DNA of 64,000 nucleotides from the IMG/VR virus record IMGVR_UViG_3300037809_000520, positions 3,259-67,258 of that record; one strand, given 5' to 3'. Positions 49,942-59,864 of this stretch are shown one piece after another. The stretch is from a virus. The notes beneath the pieces were generated by a model. It did no database searches. It was not told the origin of the DNA and saw only the letters and a program-made list of their open reading frames with translations. The first letter of the stretch is position 1. Every line of letters starts with the position of its first letter. Position numbers and translations under genes: made by a program.

Positions 49942-50511
49942 TTATATTAATTTATTTTTAGCTTCATCTCTAAGAGTAACCATTCTCTCCATATAAGTAG
50001 ATTGGGGGGTATAAGCATTTAATTGTTGTATTATTTCTTGATTTTCTCTATTTTTTAAAGGTTCACCTCCTGGTGTTGGTGTTAGAGGATTTGTAGATGC
50101 ATTTTGTAAAGTATACATTCCATCGGATCCTACTGTACCTTTTCTATTAACAGCATTTGTTCTATTTGGTCCTCCTTCTGTTCCTTGTTTTACTCCTGCT
50201 TCTGAAGATTCTACATCTAAAGCCGTTACTTTAAGAGCAGGAGACTCACTATCAGCTGGTGTTGCACCATTTTTATATAAAATAGAATTTTGAGATGTTA
50301 TAGAATCTTGTAAATATGGATTTTCTTTTGAATAAGTTTGCTCAAAACCACTACCAGCCACCATACCATCTACTACAACAACAGGGTCATTAATAGGACC
50401 ACCTTCAGGTTCTGGGTTTTGGGTATCTAAATTAGTTTGGTTAAAACTATCAATTAAAGATTTTCTTGGACCTTTTACTATATTATCATTATGTTGTTCT
50501 AATTCAGGCAT
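49942..50511 (-). CDS. Hypothetical protein
   Basis: Intact ORF; LD.(Q/E)...GGP motif twice. Confidence 0.55.
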   Translation of the reverse strand: MPELEQHNDNIVKGPRKSLIDSFNQTNLDTQNPEPEGGPINDPVVVVDGMVAGSGFEQTYSKENPYLQDSITSQNSILYKNGATPADSESPALKVTALDVESSEAGVKQGTEGGPNRTNAVNRKGTVGSDGMYTLQNASTNPLTPTPGGEPLKNRENQEIIQQLNAYTPQSTYMERMVTLRDEAKNKLI

Positions 50512-50534
50512 AATTTATTCATTTTATTTTATTT

Positions 50535-52397
50535 TTATAATGGAACTACTCTACCTTTAATATCAGTATTAGGATATTTTACTTCAAATATCATAGGATC
50601 AATTGAAGGATATACTACATCATTTACAGTTGCTCCAGGAATATCATAAGCATAAGCACTATATCCTAAAGGTACTCCAGTTAAATTATTTACTGTTACA
50701 TTTTTTACTGTTTGAACTCCTTCTACTTTATCTAAAAGAATATATAAATTATTAAGTAAAATAGGTTGATTTATTTGCCAATTATCTATAGCAAAGAAAT
50801 TAGTTAAGGATTCAATACATTTAGTAATAGTTTCATTGTTATTATAATTAGGTAATACTATAATATCAAATATTACTTCTATATTAATAATAAAAGCATC
50901 TTTAATTTTAATAGAATCATTAATCATTCTATACTCAGCTAAATATGTTTGTAAATTTTGTTTCATTAATGATGATGCTGTTCGCAACTGACTATTAGCA
51001 TTATAAGTTAAAACATATAAGTCTAATATCGTAGGTAATTCACCAGGTTGAAATTCATTAATTTTAACAGGAGCTGCATATGCCTTTGCTATAGTTCCTA
51101 AATTAGAAGGCATAGATAAAGCTCTTATTAAGTAATCTTCTTTTGTTACAGTACGTAGTTGGTTTTGGAAATTACCAACCGCATTTAATCTTAATTCTTC
51201 AACAGTATCCCCATCTTGCCCTCCATCAGCTGCTAATTCATTATTTGAAGAAACTGAATTAAATATTTGGTTTGCGAGTGCTGTATCTGGGAGATTTGGG
51301 TTAACAAATTTAAAATTAGTATCATTTAATACTGTTAAAGTTCCGGCTTCAACATTAGACTTAACTCCTCCTCCAGTTAAATACCTAAAATTTAAAGTTG
51401 TATTATATGGAGCAATACCATAAGTATTTGTAAATATAAAATTTAAAGGAGAAAAAGCAGTTGTTAATTGATCTCTTTCAAAAGGTAAACCTAAACCTAC
51501 ATTATCAGGATTAGGTACTATTTCTTCATCATTATTTGTTGTGGCTCCCGCCCCAAATTGGAGTTGGAGAGAGCCTGAATCTGTAAATCTTGTAACAAAT
51601 CTTCTTTGAACTTGTTTTAATCTAAGTAAATATGGAGCATCTTCTTCTATATTGAATTGTGGGTCGTTGGTGTTTGTGTTTCTAATAGTATCATATACGT
51701 TTTCTTGAGCCATATTAGGCACCTCATACCAAGTATTACCATCTATATCAACACAATCTAAAATACCTATAATATTAGTATCTTTAATATTTCTTTCATC
51801 AAACCTTTTTGAGGCATTAAATGAAAAAGAAGTTGTATTAATTGTTGCAGATATTGCTTTTCTTGTTTTTTTAAGGAGAAAGTATGTTGGATTATCTCCT
51901 GATATTTGGTAAACAGTTGTTGTTGTAGGATTTAATGATCCTGATGAAGAGAAATCAATTACATCTTCTATTAAAAATTTCATATTACTATCTAAATTAG
52001 ATGTAATTTGTGTATTCTCTGGTATGATCATAGCATAATTATAATCAGGAATATACTCACCACCGCTAAATTTAGCAGGTACTTGTTGGTAGAAATCAAT
52101 ATTTACACTTGCAGCTGTTGTTACTTTTGGTTCATACCCTAAAAGATAAGCCATTTGGTATAAATTTTCTTGCTGTCGGGCTTTTTGGATAAAAGTTTCC
52201 TGTATTTGGTTGTCTAAGTAAAAGGATAATACATCCCCAACATAGGAAGCCATTTCCATAAATAACATACCTGTAGAAGTATCAGTAAAATCATTATAGG
52301 TATTTGGGAAATATGTTTTTGAATATTGTATTAAAGAATTTCTAAATTGGTTGAAATCTTTATTAATATATCTTATGTCTCTTTTTAAATCTGCCAT
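50535..52397 (-). CDS. gp6: Baseplate wedge protein, T4 gp6-like
   Basis: DF...RNSL..Y....F....DF, SYVGDVLSFY.D, LQFG, YLTGGG, GG.D.DT.EELR, RTVTKEDY. Confidence 0.85.
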   Translation of the reverse strand: MADLKRDIRYINKDFNQFRNSLIQYSKTYFPNTYNDFTDTSTGMLFMEMASYVGDVLSFYLDNQIQETFIQKARQQENLYQMAYLLGYEPKVTTAASVNIDFYQQVPAKFSGGEYIPDYNYAMIIPENTQITSNLDSNMKFLIEDVIDFSSSGSLNPTTTTVYQISGDNPTYFLLKKTRKAISATINTTSFSFNASKRFDERNIKDTNIIGILDCVDIDGNTWYEVPNMAQENVYDTIRNTNTNDPQFNIEEDAPYLLRLKQVQRRFVTRFTDSGSLQLQFGAGATTNNDEEIVPNPDNVGLGLPFERDQLTTAFSPLNFIFTNTYGIAPYNTTLNFRYLTGGGVKSNVEAGTLTVLNDTNFKFVNPNLPDTALANQIFNSVSSNNELAADGGQDGDTVEELRLNAVGNFQNQLRTVTKEDYLIRALSMPSNLGTIAKAYAAPVKINEFQPGELPTILDLYVLTYNANSQLRTASSLMKQNLQTYLAEYRMINDSIKIKDAFIINIEVIFDIIVLPNYNNNETITKCIESLTNFFAIDNWQINQPILLNNLYILLDKVEGVQTVKNVTVNNLTGVPLGYSAYAYDIPGATVNDVVYPSIDPMIFEVKYPNTDIKGRVVPL

Positions 52398-52804
52398 TAT
52401 TGTAGTAATATAGTTATATCATCAGTTATCCCAAAGTTTGCTACAGTGTATGTTAATGTAAAATTAATTGTATTTCTATTGGGGTCATTATCAAATTTTA
52501 TTTCTTTAACATCTACTTGAGGGAAAAAGATATTAATATCATTTTGTATCCTTTCTTGTAATTCGTCTGTTGTACGATCTAATACATTTTCAAATATTAA
52601 ATTTCTTAGATCAGCTCCAAATGTAGGGTTAAATACTCTTTCTCCTCTATTAGTAAGTAAGTAATTAATTAAATTTGATTTAGTTTGTTCTCTTGTTGTA
52701 TAAGTAGGCACAAAAACAGCAGGCCCATTTAAGGGAAACCCAAACCCAACAGCTTTGCGGCCTATTGAGTCAATCGGGTATCTGTTTTGTATAATTCTTG
52801 CCAT
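52397..52804 (-). CDS. gp25: Baseplate wedge protein, T4 gp25-like
   Basis: NL.NYLLTNRGERVFNPTFGADL..LIFE. Confidence 0.9.
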   Translation of the reverse strand: MARIIQNRYPIDSIGRKAVGFGFPLNGPAVFVPTYTTREQTKSNLINYLLTNRGERVFNPTFGADLRNLIFENVLDRTTDELQERIQNDINIFFPQVDVKEIKFDNDPNRNTINFTLTYTVANFGITDDITILLQ

Positions 52805-52813
52805 TTTATTTAT

Positions 52814-53161
52814 TTATTTTTTCATTAACCCTGCTATCATACCCATATCTACTTCTCCAGCTGGTAGTGTTCCATTACTAGAATCATATCCACTTTGGGG
52901 TGAAAATGATTGAGGGACGTCAGCAGAAGTAAAAGATTTTGCGGTATCACCTAAGATGTTTGAGTATGCTGCTCTTTTTTCTTCAGCACTCATTTGAGGT
53001 TGTTGGGGTTGAATTTGTTCTATAACTGGGGCTATTGGTTGAGCTGCTATTGTTGTAACTTTAGGAGTCTTAATAGCTTCCAGTAAAATTTCCTTCAATT
53101 CTTCTTGAATTGCTTCTTTTACTGCTTCTTTTACTAGCGTTTTTAATTGTGATGACTTCAT
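52814..53161 (-). CDS. Hypothetical protein with leader-like N-terminus
   Basis: MKSSQLKTLVKEAVKEAIQEELKEILLE; TATTTATA at 53170-53177. Confidence 0.6.
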   Translation of the reverse strand: MKSSQLKTLVKEAVKEAIQEELKEILLEAIKTPKVTTIAAQPIAPVIEQIQPQQPQMSAEEKRAAYSNILGDTAKSFTSADVPQSFSPQSGYDSSNGTLPAGEVDMGMIAGLMKK

Positions 53162-53197
53162 TTTTTTATTATAAATATTAAGTTAGTTAATTTTTTA

Positions 53198-54676
53198 TCA
53201 ATTTATTTGGAGATATACTTCTCCTCCTTGATTATATTCGATATCCATTTGTTCAGTTACTTTAAAATCAAAATTATATGACCCTGTATTTGGTAAATCA
53301 AATATTTTTTCATATTTCTCTCTATTAGCAGATACTATTTGAAATGTATTATCAGGTGTACCATAATTGGTATTTACCTCCACTTTAACAAATCCCTGTT
53401 CATAACTCCCATATTGTGAGTAACCTGATTCATTATTACTATATATTTGATTACCCCCTGTATCTACTGTTAATTTTACAGACTGGCTAGGAATAGTAGT
53501 TATTATATTTAATGTTCTTTTTGAATCTAATAAACCTTGGGTTGCCATTAGAAGAGGTAATTCTATTCTTGGGTTTATAGTTTCACTAGACCATTGGAAA
53601 GTAACGGGCTCTGGTGGTGGATTTATACCTGTAAGGCCCGAAGTATCTCCTTCATTATTGTTATCAATATCATTATCTTCAATAAATTTATTAGACCACC
53701 ATTTAACATTAAGTGAATCAATTCTAAATTTAATTTCATCTATTAAAACTTTAACAGAGGTACTATATGAGTATCCCCCACCTTCTAAATTAAATAAGTT
53801 TATACCTTTAAAAATATTATAAAAATCAGTATTAGTATTTACAGCTTTAATTCTTCTTTGTGGGAAGGAAAAAGTATTATCATCATTATATTCTATAGTT
53901 AATAACCAATCCAACCCAGCATAATACCCAGAATTTTTATTTTCATTTAATACTATTATATTACCATTAACATCACTAGTACCTTCATCGGTATTTGAGG
54001 AAATAAAAATAGTAGGTTGTCTTTGATATCTATAAGGATTATTAGAATTGGGGGATAAGGAATTTAATATTAATTCTTCATTTATTACATTTAATTCACT
54101 ATTTTCAAAAGTACCTGATTCAGCTGCCACATTTCCTATTTCATTTATTAAATCATTTTTTTCGGACTGGGTCATACCTTCTGCTAATTCTTCAATACAA
54201 ACATTTAATACACCATCTAATTGTTGGAGTTTTGTAATTATAGTTTGTGCAGCATCCTGTATAGTTTTACCAGCTTGTGGGACTACTTTAAGAGCACCCT
54301 TAGCTCCTTTTAATAAATCTCCTAAAGTATCTAAAGAATCTGCTAATAAAGTAATAACATTTATAGGAATACCAGCACCCGGGGGAAATGATACTGGTAC
54401 TGGTATTGCTTTTATTACTTTTACTGCAGTGCTTACCGTTGTAACTATGGTATTTGTTGTTTCTGCTGTTGCTTCTACAGTATTAAAAGCTCCAACAACA
54501 TTTTCAAGAGCACCTTGGATTTGATTTTTTTGCTTTACTATTTGTAGTAATTCTTTTTTAGGAGGACAACTATTCTTAAATTTATCAACCATAGCATCTA
54601 TAGCAACCTCAAATTTTGTTAAATTTTTGATTACTTTAGTAATACTTTTTATTAATAATTTAGATAAAAAAGACAT
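53198..54676 (-). CDS. Hypothetical baseplate-cluster protein
   Basis: Helical N-terminal half with PVSFPPGAGIP turn; follows gp5-like gene with TAATG overlap. Confidence 0.55.
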   Translation of the reverse strand: MSFLSKLLIKSITKVIKNLTKFEVAIDAMVDKFKNSCPPKKELLQIVKQKNQIQGALENVVGAFNTVEATAETTNTIVTTVSTAVKVIKAIPVPVSFPPGAGIPINVITLLADSLDTLGDLLKGAKGALKVVPQAGKTIQDAAQTIITKLQQLDGVLNVCIEELAEGMTQSEKNDLINEIGNVAAESGTFENSELNVINEELILNSLSPNSNNPYRYQRQPTIFISSNTDEGTSDVNGNIIVLNENKNSGYYAGLDWLLTIEYNDDNTFSFPQRRIKAVNTNTDFYNIFKGINLFNLEGGGYSYSTSVKVLIDEIKFRIDSLNVKWWSNKFIEDNDIDNNNEGDTSGLTGINPPPEPVTFQWSSETINPRIELPLLMATQGLLDSKRTLNIITTIPSQSVKLTVDTGGNQIYSNNESGYSQYGSYEQGFVKVEVNTNYGTPDNTFQIVSANREKYEKIFDLPNTGSYNFDFKVTEQMDIEYNQGGEVYLQIN

Positions 54677-55908
54677 TATTTAGATTTACTTACTTTTGAT
54701 TTATACATTTGAATCCTATTAAGCATAGTTTGAGCTTTAACTAGAGTTTGAGTAGCGGGTGCTGGTATTGATGCATTGGGTACAAAAGGAATTGGTGTTC
54801 CTATTGGTGTTCCTAAGGCGTTACATAATGAAATTAATGATGTTAATAATGATGAAAAATCTGATAGGAATTTATCTCCTAATATTACAGGTTCAGTAGC
54901 ATTTTTATCACCTAAATAAATTTCAGGGGAGGATATTATTGTTTTTGGTGTATCAATATTTACACTATTTACTGAATTTAAATTTATAGTATCAGAAGAT
55001 GAAAATAATATTGAATCAGACTTTGAATTAAATAATAATCTACCAGAATTTAAAATTATTTGCTCTTCATTAAAAAGAGGTGCTGCTATAGGAGATGAAG
55101 AGTAAGATTTATAATTTTTACTTGATAAATCAATAGGGATTTCTTGTGTAGTCGTCAAGTAAACGCTTGACTTATCATCATTTATATCTTCTACTTGAGG
55201 AATCCAAGGATCACTATCCTCTTCATGCTGGCCATTTTTTATTATAGTAATAGCATCACCATTTTCCCCGGATTTAGACCAAGGATTTGGGATACTTGCA
55301 TCTTTATTAGTTGAACCAAATCTAAATGATTGTCCCCACCTTCCTTGATATATTAAATCACCCTCATAAGGTTGAAGATTTCTAATTGATAACTTTTCCT
55401 TAAAATCTTTTCCTAAATCAATTTCAGTACCTCCATCAGTGACCCTTCTAACAGAACCTACTGATGTTTGTTCATAATCTTGGGATTGTGCCGCTGGTGT
55501 TGATTCACCATTAATAGGATCTGGGATTGCATTGTGGTGTGTACTATTCCAAATATTTATAGGTTGGAAATAATAAAATGTTTGTTCGTTAACATCCCCT
55601 TGGACATTACTATTTGGTAAAGCTATAACATACACTAATTCATTTTTTACTGGTATGTTTGAATTATTAGGGAATAAAGGCCTGGCGAAATTATCAGTTG
55701 TAAATTGTGGGTTTGGGTTTGGAGAATTTAATTTATCGAAAAATATACAACCTATTGAACTCCATTCACCAAATTTTTTAAACGCCTTATTTTCTGTTTT
55801 CTCATCAACCATAGCATGTCTAACCCTAGCTGAAAATATAGATGAGGGTTGTTGGTTAGCAGAAGGAGTGCCTTTAAGTGAATTTAATCCCGTAGGTATT
55901 TGTGCCAT
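54676..55908 (-). CDS. Baseplate hub/central spike protein (gp5-like)
   Basis: P.KNELV, YEGD.I.QGRWGQS.RFGS, QIILNSGRL.FNSK, EPVILGD; upstream of gp25. Confidence 0.6.
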   Translation of the reverse strand: MAQIPTGLNSLKGTPSANQQPSSIFSARVRHAMVDEKTENKAFKKFGEWSSIGCIFFDKLNSPNPNPQFTTDNFARPLFPNNSNIPVKNELVYVIALPNSNVQGDVNEQTFYYFQPINIWNSTHHNAIPDPINGESTPAAQSQDYEQTSVGSVRRVTDGGTEIDLGKDFKEKLSIRNLQPYEGDLIYQGRWGQSFRFGSTNKDASIPNPWSKSGENGDAITIIKNGQHEEDSDPWIPQVEDINDDKSSVYLTTTQEIPIDLSSKNYKSYSSSPIAAPLFNEEQIILNSGRLLFNSKSDSILFSSSDTINLNSVNSVNIDTPKTIISSPEIYLGDKNATEPVILGDKFLSDFSSLLTSLISLCNALGTPIGTPIPFVPNASIPAPATQTLVKAQTMLNRIQMYKSKVSKSK

Positions 55909-56246
55909 TATTTGTTTTCTTTAGAAATTTTTTCCATTTCAGCTAATAATTGATCTTTTTCTTCATCAGTTATACCTAACCCTCCACCAACTTCCATATT
56001 TTGGAGTGCTCTTTGGACAATAGTAGCCATTTTAATTAATGAATCATCATTTTTAACTCCAATTTCCATATATTCTTTAATAAGGGGTACTATTAAAGTA
56101 GCATCACCTATTTCTTGAACTAAAGGTTTCAGTTCTGATATTAGAGCTACTACTTGAGCATCTCTCTTTTTTTGGTTTTGGTAGATTTCTTCTAATAAAT
56201 CAGAAAATTTTTTATCTCCAAAAACGTATGAATCTAATTGTCCCAT
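55908..56246 (-). CDS. Hypothetical helical protein
   Basis: Intact ORF, TATTTATA at 56259-56266. Confidence 0.6.
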   Translation of the reverse strand: MGQLDSYVFGDKKFSDLLEEIYQNQKKRDAQVVALISELKPLVQEIGDATLIVPLIKEYMEIGVKNDDSLIKMATIVQRALQNMEVGGGLGITDEEKDQLLAEMEKISKENK

Positions 56247-56280
56247 AATGTTTTTGATTATAAATATATATTTTTTAAAT

Positions 56281-57093
56281 CTATTTTGGGGGGAAGTATC
56301 CTTGATCTAAATAAAACAAATACTTTTCTTTAAATATAGCATATAATTTATTAGCTATTTTGGTAATTTTGGGAGTTTTAACATCTACCATTTCACGAAT
56401 ATAAATGTATAGGGCCTTTTTATTGAAAACATCAATAGCATCTCTTTTTCTAAATAACTCTAAAATAGCATCTGCTATAGAAGCATCATTACCTTTTGGA
56501 AATAAAACGTAAATTCTATCAGTACAATACTCTACATATTGATCTATAAATAATGATAAACGATCTTCATATTTATAATCTTTATTTTCCTTTAAATTTC
56601 TATTACTAAATTCTTCATCTTCTATTAGAACTTTAGTATCCTCTAATCTATTTTGAGATACAATAAATGATGGAGAGGAGGTATCTATCTGGGAATAATG
56701 GTTTAATTCTGATATTGGTACATTTTTTATTTTTTTACCGTAATTTTTTTGATTATAAACTATTAACCAACGTTTAACTATAGTTCCAAAATATGAATAT
56801 GCTTTAGCTCCATTCTCAGGGTTAAATAAATGTATTTTAGATAATAAAAAAGTAATTATTTCATGTTGTAAATCTTCTAAATTCTCAACACCATCAGTAT
56901 GGTAAAATTTAAAGGTATGGATAATATTTTCTGTAAGTTTATAAAAAGCCCAATGTATGTGTTCTGCATATATATCGCTTCGCTCTTCGGGATCAGAGGA
57001 GCGATTGTATCTAACAATCGCTGCTTCTGTAATTTTTGAGAAATATACTTTCTTTTGAGGTTGAGCTTTATGCCTCCTTATTATCTCATCCAT
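56281..57093 (-). CDS. Phage sigma factor for late transcription (gp55-like)
   Basis: YF....E.AI..YN, KL.ENII, FNPENG.KAYSYFGTI region-2-like motif. Confidence 0.65.
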   Translation of the reverse strand: MDEIIRRHKAQPQKKVYFSKITEAAIVRYNRSSDPEERSDIYAEHIHWAFYKLTENIIHTFKFYHTDGVENLEDLQHEIITFLLSKIHLFNPENGAKAYSYFGTIVKRWLIVYNQKNYGKKIKNVPISELNHYSQIDTSSPSFIVSQNRLEDTKVLIEDEEFSNRNLKENKDYKYEDRLSLFIDQYVEYCTDRIYVLFPKGNDASIADAILELFRKRDAIDVFNKKALYIYIREMVDVKTPKITKIANKLYAIFKEKYLFYLDQGYFPPK

Positions 57094-57102
57094 AGGTTAT
57101 TT

Positions 57103-57396
57103 TTATTCCTTTAATCGAAAATCATTAAGAATTTCTTGAATTTGTTTAATTTGCTTAAAGAAAAAACCTATTTCATCATCGGATTCAAATGATCCTTTTA
57201 TGTCTATTTTTTTGATTTTTACATCTGCAACTTCTATTACTCTAGATATTTTATCTAAATAATCTAAATAACCCAATACAATATCTTCTGCTTTTTCATT
57301 TTTCTTTAAAAGATTCCAAGTTGTAAATCCTAAAATTAAAATTATTAAACTTAAAACTGATATAATCGCTATTGCTGTTGTTGGAATTATTTCCAT
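57103..57396 (-). CDS. Small membrane protein
   Basis: N-terminal TM helix; FESDDEIGFFF. Confidence 0.6.
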   Translation of the reverse strand: MEIIPTTAIAIISVLSLIILILGFTTWNLLKKNEKAEDIVLGYLDYLDKISRVIEVADVKIKKIDIKGSFESDDEIGFFFKQIKQIQEILNDFRLKE

Positions 57397-57398
57397 TT

Positions 57399-58169
57399 TT
57401 ATAATTTATCAAAAATATTTTTTAAACCCTCACTCTGAATAGAACCTAGTGCTTTAGACTTAGTGGATTTGTTATTGTTAGACAATGTATAATTTTTTTT
57501 ACTGGCATCCACATTATTTTTAAACTTAGGTAACCACTCGATTTCAAATTCAATTCTAGCTGCCATTATGTCTGCTTGATGTAGGATAAAAGGTAAGGAA
57601 GTACGAGGTTTTTGCTCGGGCATCCATCCTTTTAAATACTTATCATTTGCTGAATCATATAATCCATCATGAGTTTGGATTGCTATCATTTCATTAAATG
57701 TATACTTAATACTATTATCCTGAAGGAGAAATAATCCCCTATCTGGAACAGCTGAGAATGCTAATTTTTTGTTAAACATATAATCTTCACCTAATTTATC
57801 TTTCCTCCATTTATCTGTTTGGGGAAGATAAGATTCATGATTAGCATCACCCATTTTACCTAAATCATGGTTAATAGCTGAGAATACTAATTCTTCGGTT
57901 GTAAATGTAGTCATATCACAACCAAACCCTTCCCAAACAGCAGACATTGATAAAGCAGCTTTAACTACTCTATTGACATGATCTACATAACCTCCAGGAA
58001 AAGCTGAATGGTATTCTTTTTTATGAGCAGCAGGCATAAGCATAATACGCTCCGCATATGTTTCATAAAATTTAACTAATTGTTCTTTACGAGGGGAAGA
58101 AATATAAGTATCAATATTACTCATAAATTCAACCCAATTCATTTGAATTTGATCTGCTGTTAATTTCAT
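57399..58169 (-). CDS. HD-domain phosphohydrolase
   Basis: PAA...YH.AFPGGY.DH, HDLGK, HDG, LHQAD. Confidence 0.85.
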   Translation of the reverse strand: MKLTADQIQMNWVEFMSNIDTYISSPRKEQLVKFYETYAERIMLMPAAHKKEYHSAFPGGYVDHVNRVVKAALSMSAVWEGFGCDMTTFTTEELVFSAINHDLGKMGDANHESYLPQTDKWRKDKLGEDYMFNKKLAFSAVPDRGLFLLQDNSIKYTFNEMIAIQTHDGLYDSANDKYLKGWMPEQKPRTSLPFILHQADIMAARIEFEIEWLPKFKNNVDASKKNYTLSNNNKSTKSKALGSIQSEGLKNIFDKL

Positions 58170-58185
58170 AACTTTTATTTTTAGA

Positions 58186-58383
58186 TTATCCGTTTCTTAG
58201 AACTCCGGCTTCGCGTTCTATTAAAGATTCAAGTTCTTCAATTTTATTGTAAACTTCTTTAAGTTGTTTTCTAAAAGTATCAACGTCGCTTCCACCACGA
58301 GCTACCATTAGGTCTAAAGTTTTAACTCCGGATTTGATATTCACAAATCCTTTGTCAACTAATTCTTTGTTTCTAAATGCCAT
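58186..58383 (-). CDS. Small hypothetical protein (start revised to 58383)
   Basis: MAFRNKELV... with A-rich upstream region. Confidence 0.5.
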   Translation of the reverse strand: MAFRNKELVDKGFVNIKSGVKTLDLMVARGGSDVDTFRKQLKEVYNKIEELESLIEREAGVLRNG

Positions 58384-58536
58384 ATTTTTATAATTTATTA
58401 ATGTGTATCCAATGTACAACCACCCCCCCATTCATCCAACCTATATTCCTAAACCCCTATTTCCTTATTTTTTCCTAAATATCTCAAAACCCGTATTTCC
58501 AAGGTACCCAAAATTTTTTTAATAACCAAATTAAAA

Positions 58537-58965
58537 TTAATATTCTTTAGAAATTTCTAAAATTTTCTGAATATGTGCACATTTTTCATATTCTTCTCTT
58601 TCTGGAGATTGGAAGTGTTTTATTGCTAATTCTAATGATGTTTCTAGAAAATCATCACTGTGGGTTACTATAGCTTCTATATGATTATCATCTTCAATTT
58701 TTATTTTTTTAATATAAAACCAAGCTCTATTATAAGCAATTGCCTCCCCAGCTGCAGCTAACTCCTCAGGGTCTAATTCCATATTAGAATTTTTTAATAT
58801 TCTTATAGCTTTTTTCCTAAAATTTATATGGTTAAGAATAAGTTTTTTATGCATACCTAACCAATAAGCAGGAGTTGAAGTCAAATCAGCATAAGTAGTA
58901 ACATTATTACTCACATCATCTGAACCAAACAAGTTAAAAATATTTTCAAAATCTATTTTCCCCAT
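58537..58965 (-). CDS. Hypothetical protein with UVR-like C-terminal motif
   Basis: EEYEKCAHIQKIL. Confidence 0.55.
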   Translation of the reverse strand: MGKIDFENIFNLFGSDDVSNNVTTYADLTSTPAYWLGMHKKLILNHINFRKKAIRILKNSNMELDPEELAAAGEAIAYNRAWFYIKKIKIEDDNHIEAIVTHSDDFLETSLELAIKHFQSPEREEYEKCAHIQKILEISKEY

Positions 58966-58967
58966 AT

Positions 58968-59156
58968 TTAATATTTCACCTTTGAATCTCCTCCTTTTAT
59001 TCTATAAAGAGCATACTCCCACTTTTCACAAACATTTTTATATTTGTGTTTTGTTTGGCCTTCCATTTTTTTACATTGGGCCTCAAATTGAGATCTTAAT
59101 CCTTCTTTTTCAATAATATGATACATTTCATTTAATTGATCTTCTTGGTAACTCAT
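58968..59156 (-). CDS. Small hypothetical protein
   Basis: 62-aa ORF with TATTTATA at 59190-59197. Confidence 0.5.
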   Translation of the reverse strand: MSYQEDQLNEMYHIIEKEGLRSQFEAQCKKMEGQTKHKYKNVCEKWEYALYRIKGGDSKVKY

Positions 59157-59197
59157 TTGATAGGATATTTATTGTATACTAATATATGGTATAAATA

Positions 59198-59569
59198 TTA
59201 GTAATCCAAATTATTTATAAATACTTTAGAAGTACCTCTTTCATTCTTAATAATATAGAACCCATTTAAGTCTAAACTATTAATATTATTAGTTGTATGT
59301 ATTAAATCACCGCGAAAATTGTATATATAATGCGTAAAATCGCGTGTATATTCGATGACATCCATAGTACCATAGCAGTTGTCGAAAACGGGATTAAATG
59401 CAATATAATTATTATTACCTATCAAATCTAAATTAATAGAATTATTAGGACCTACAATACTTACGGTAGCTTCACAAGTTTCTTGATAAGATTGAAAAGC
59501 TGAGTTTACACAGTTAAAAGGATCACTCCAATTAGAATATGTATTAAGTAAAATTATAGGAAGTGGCAA
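59198..59569 (-). CDS. Protein with T9SS C-terminal-domain-like tail; true start uncertain
   Basis: IYNFRGDLI...LNGFYIIK...KVFI; out-of-frame ATG at 59580. Confidence 0.4.
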   Translation of the reverse strand: MPLPIILLNTYSNWSDPFNCVNSAFQSYQETCEATVSIVGPNNSINLDLIGNNNYIAFNPVFDNCYGTMDVIEYTRDFTHYIYNFRGDLIHTTNNINSLDLNGFYIIKNERGTSKVFINNLDY

Positions 59570-59593
59570 CTTTTTGCCATTAATACATATAAG

Positions 59594-59670
59594 TAGGCAA
59601 GGTGAGACTTGAACTCACGTGTAACCAACTACTCTTTCTACAAGGTATAAGCTTGAGGAGATACTTGCCT
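59594..59670 (-). ncRNA. Non-canonical tRNA-like RNA with UAU (Ile-type) anticodon loop and no canonical D-arm
   Basis: AGGCAAG/CTTGCCT acceptor, CAAG-CTTATAC-CTTG arm, GTGAG-TTCAAGT-CTCAC T-arm. Confidence 0.7.
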
Positions 59671-59673
59671 ATA

Positions 59674-59750
59674 TGGTGAACCCGGTAGGATTCGAACCTA
59701 CGACCGTCGCCTTAGAAGGGCGATGCTCTGTCCAGCTGAGCTACGAGTCC
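59674..59750 (-). tRNA. tRNA-Arg(UCU)
   Basis: Full cloverleaf, TCGCC-CTTCTAA-GGCGA anticodon arm, GTTCGAATC, encoded CCA. Confidence 0.95.
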
Positions 59751-59775
59751 ATAAGTCAAATAACGTTTGGAAATT

Positions 59776-59864
59776 TGGTACCGCTGGGCGGGCTCGAACC
59801 GCCACGAGCCATTCGGCTCATCAGATTTTAAGTCTGACGTGTCTACCAATTCCACCACAGCGGC
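59776..59864 (-). tRNA. tRNA-Leu(UAA)
   Basis: TCAGA-CTTAAAA-TCTGA anticodon arm, long variable arm, GTTCGAG, encoded CCA. Confidence 0.95.

Noticed and set aside
2632-59197. TATAAATA on the plus strand as classical T4 late promoters
   Set aside because: In that orientation they would fire antisense into upstream genes; their spacing fits minus-strand ATGs
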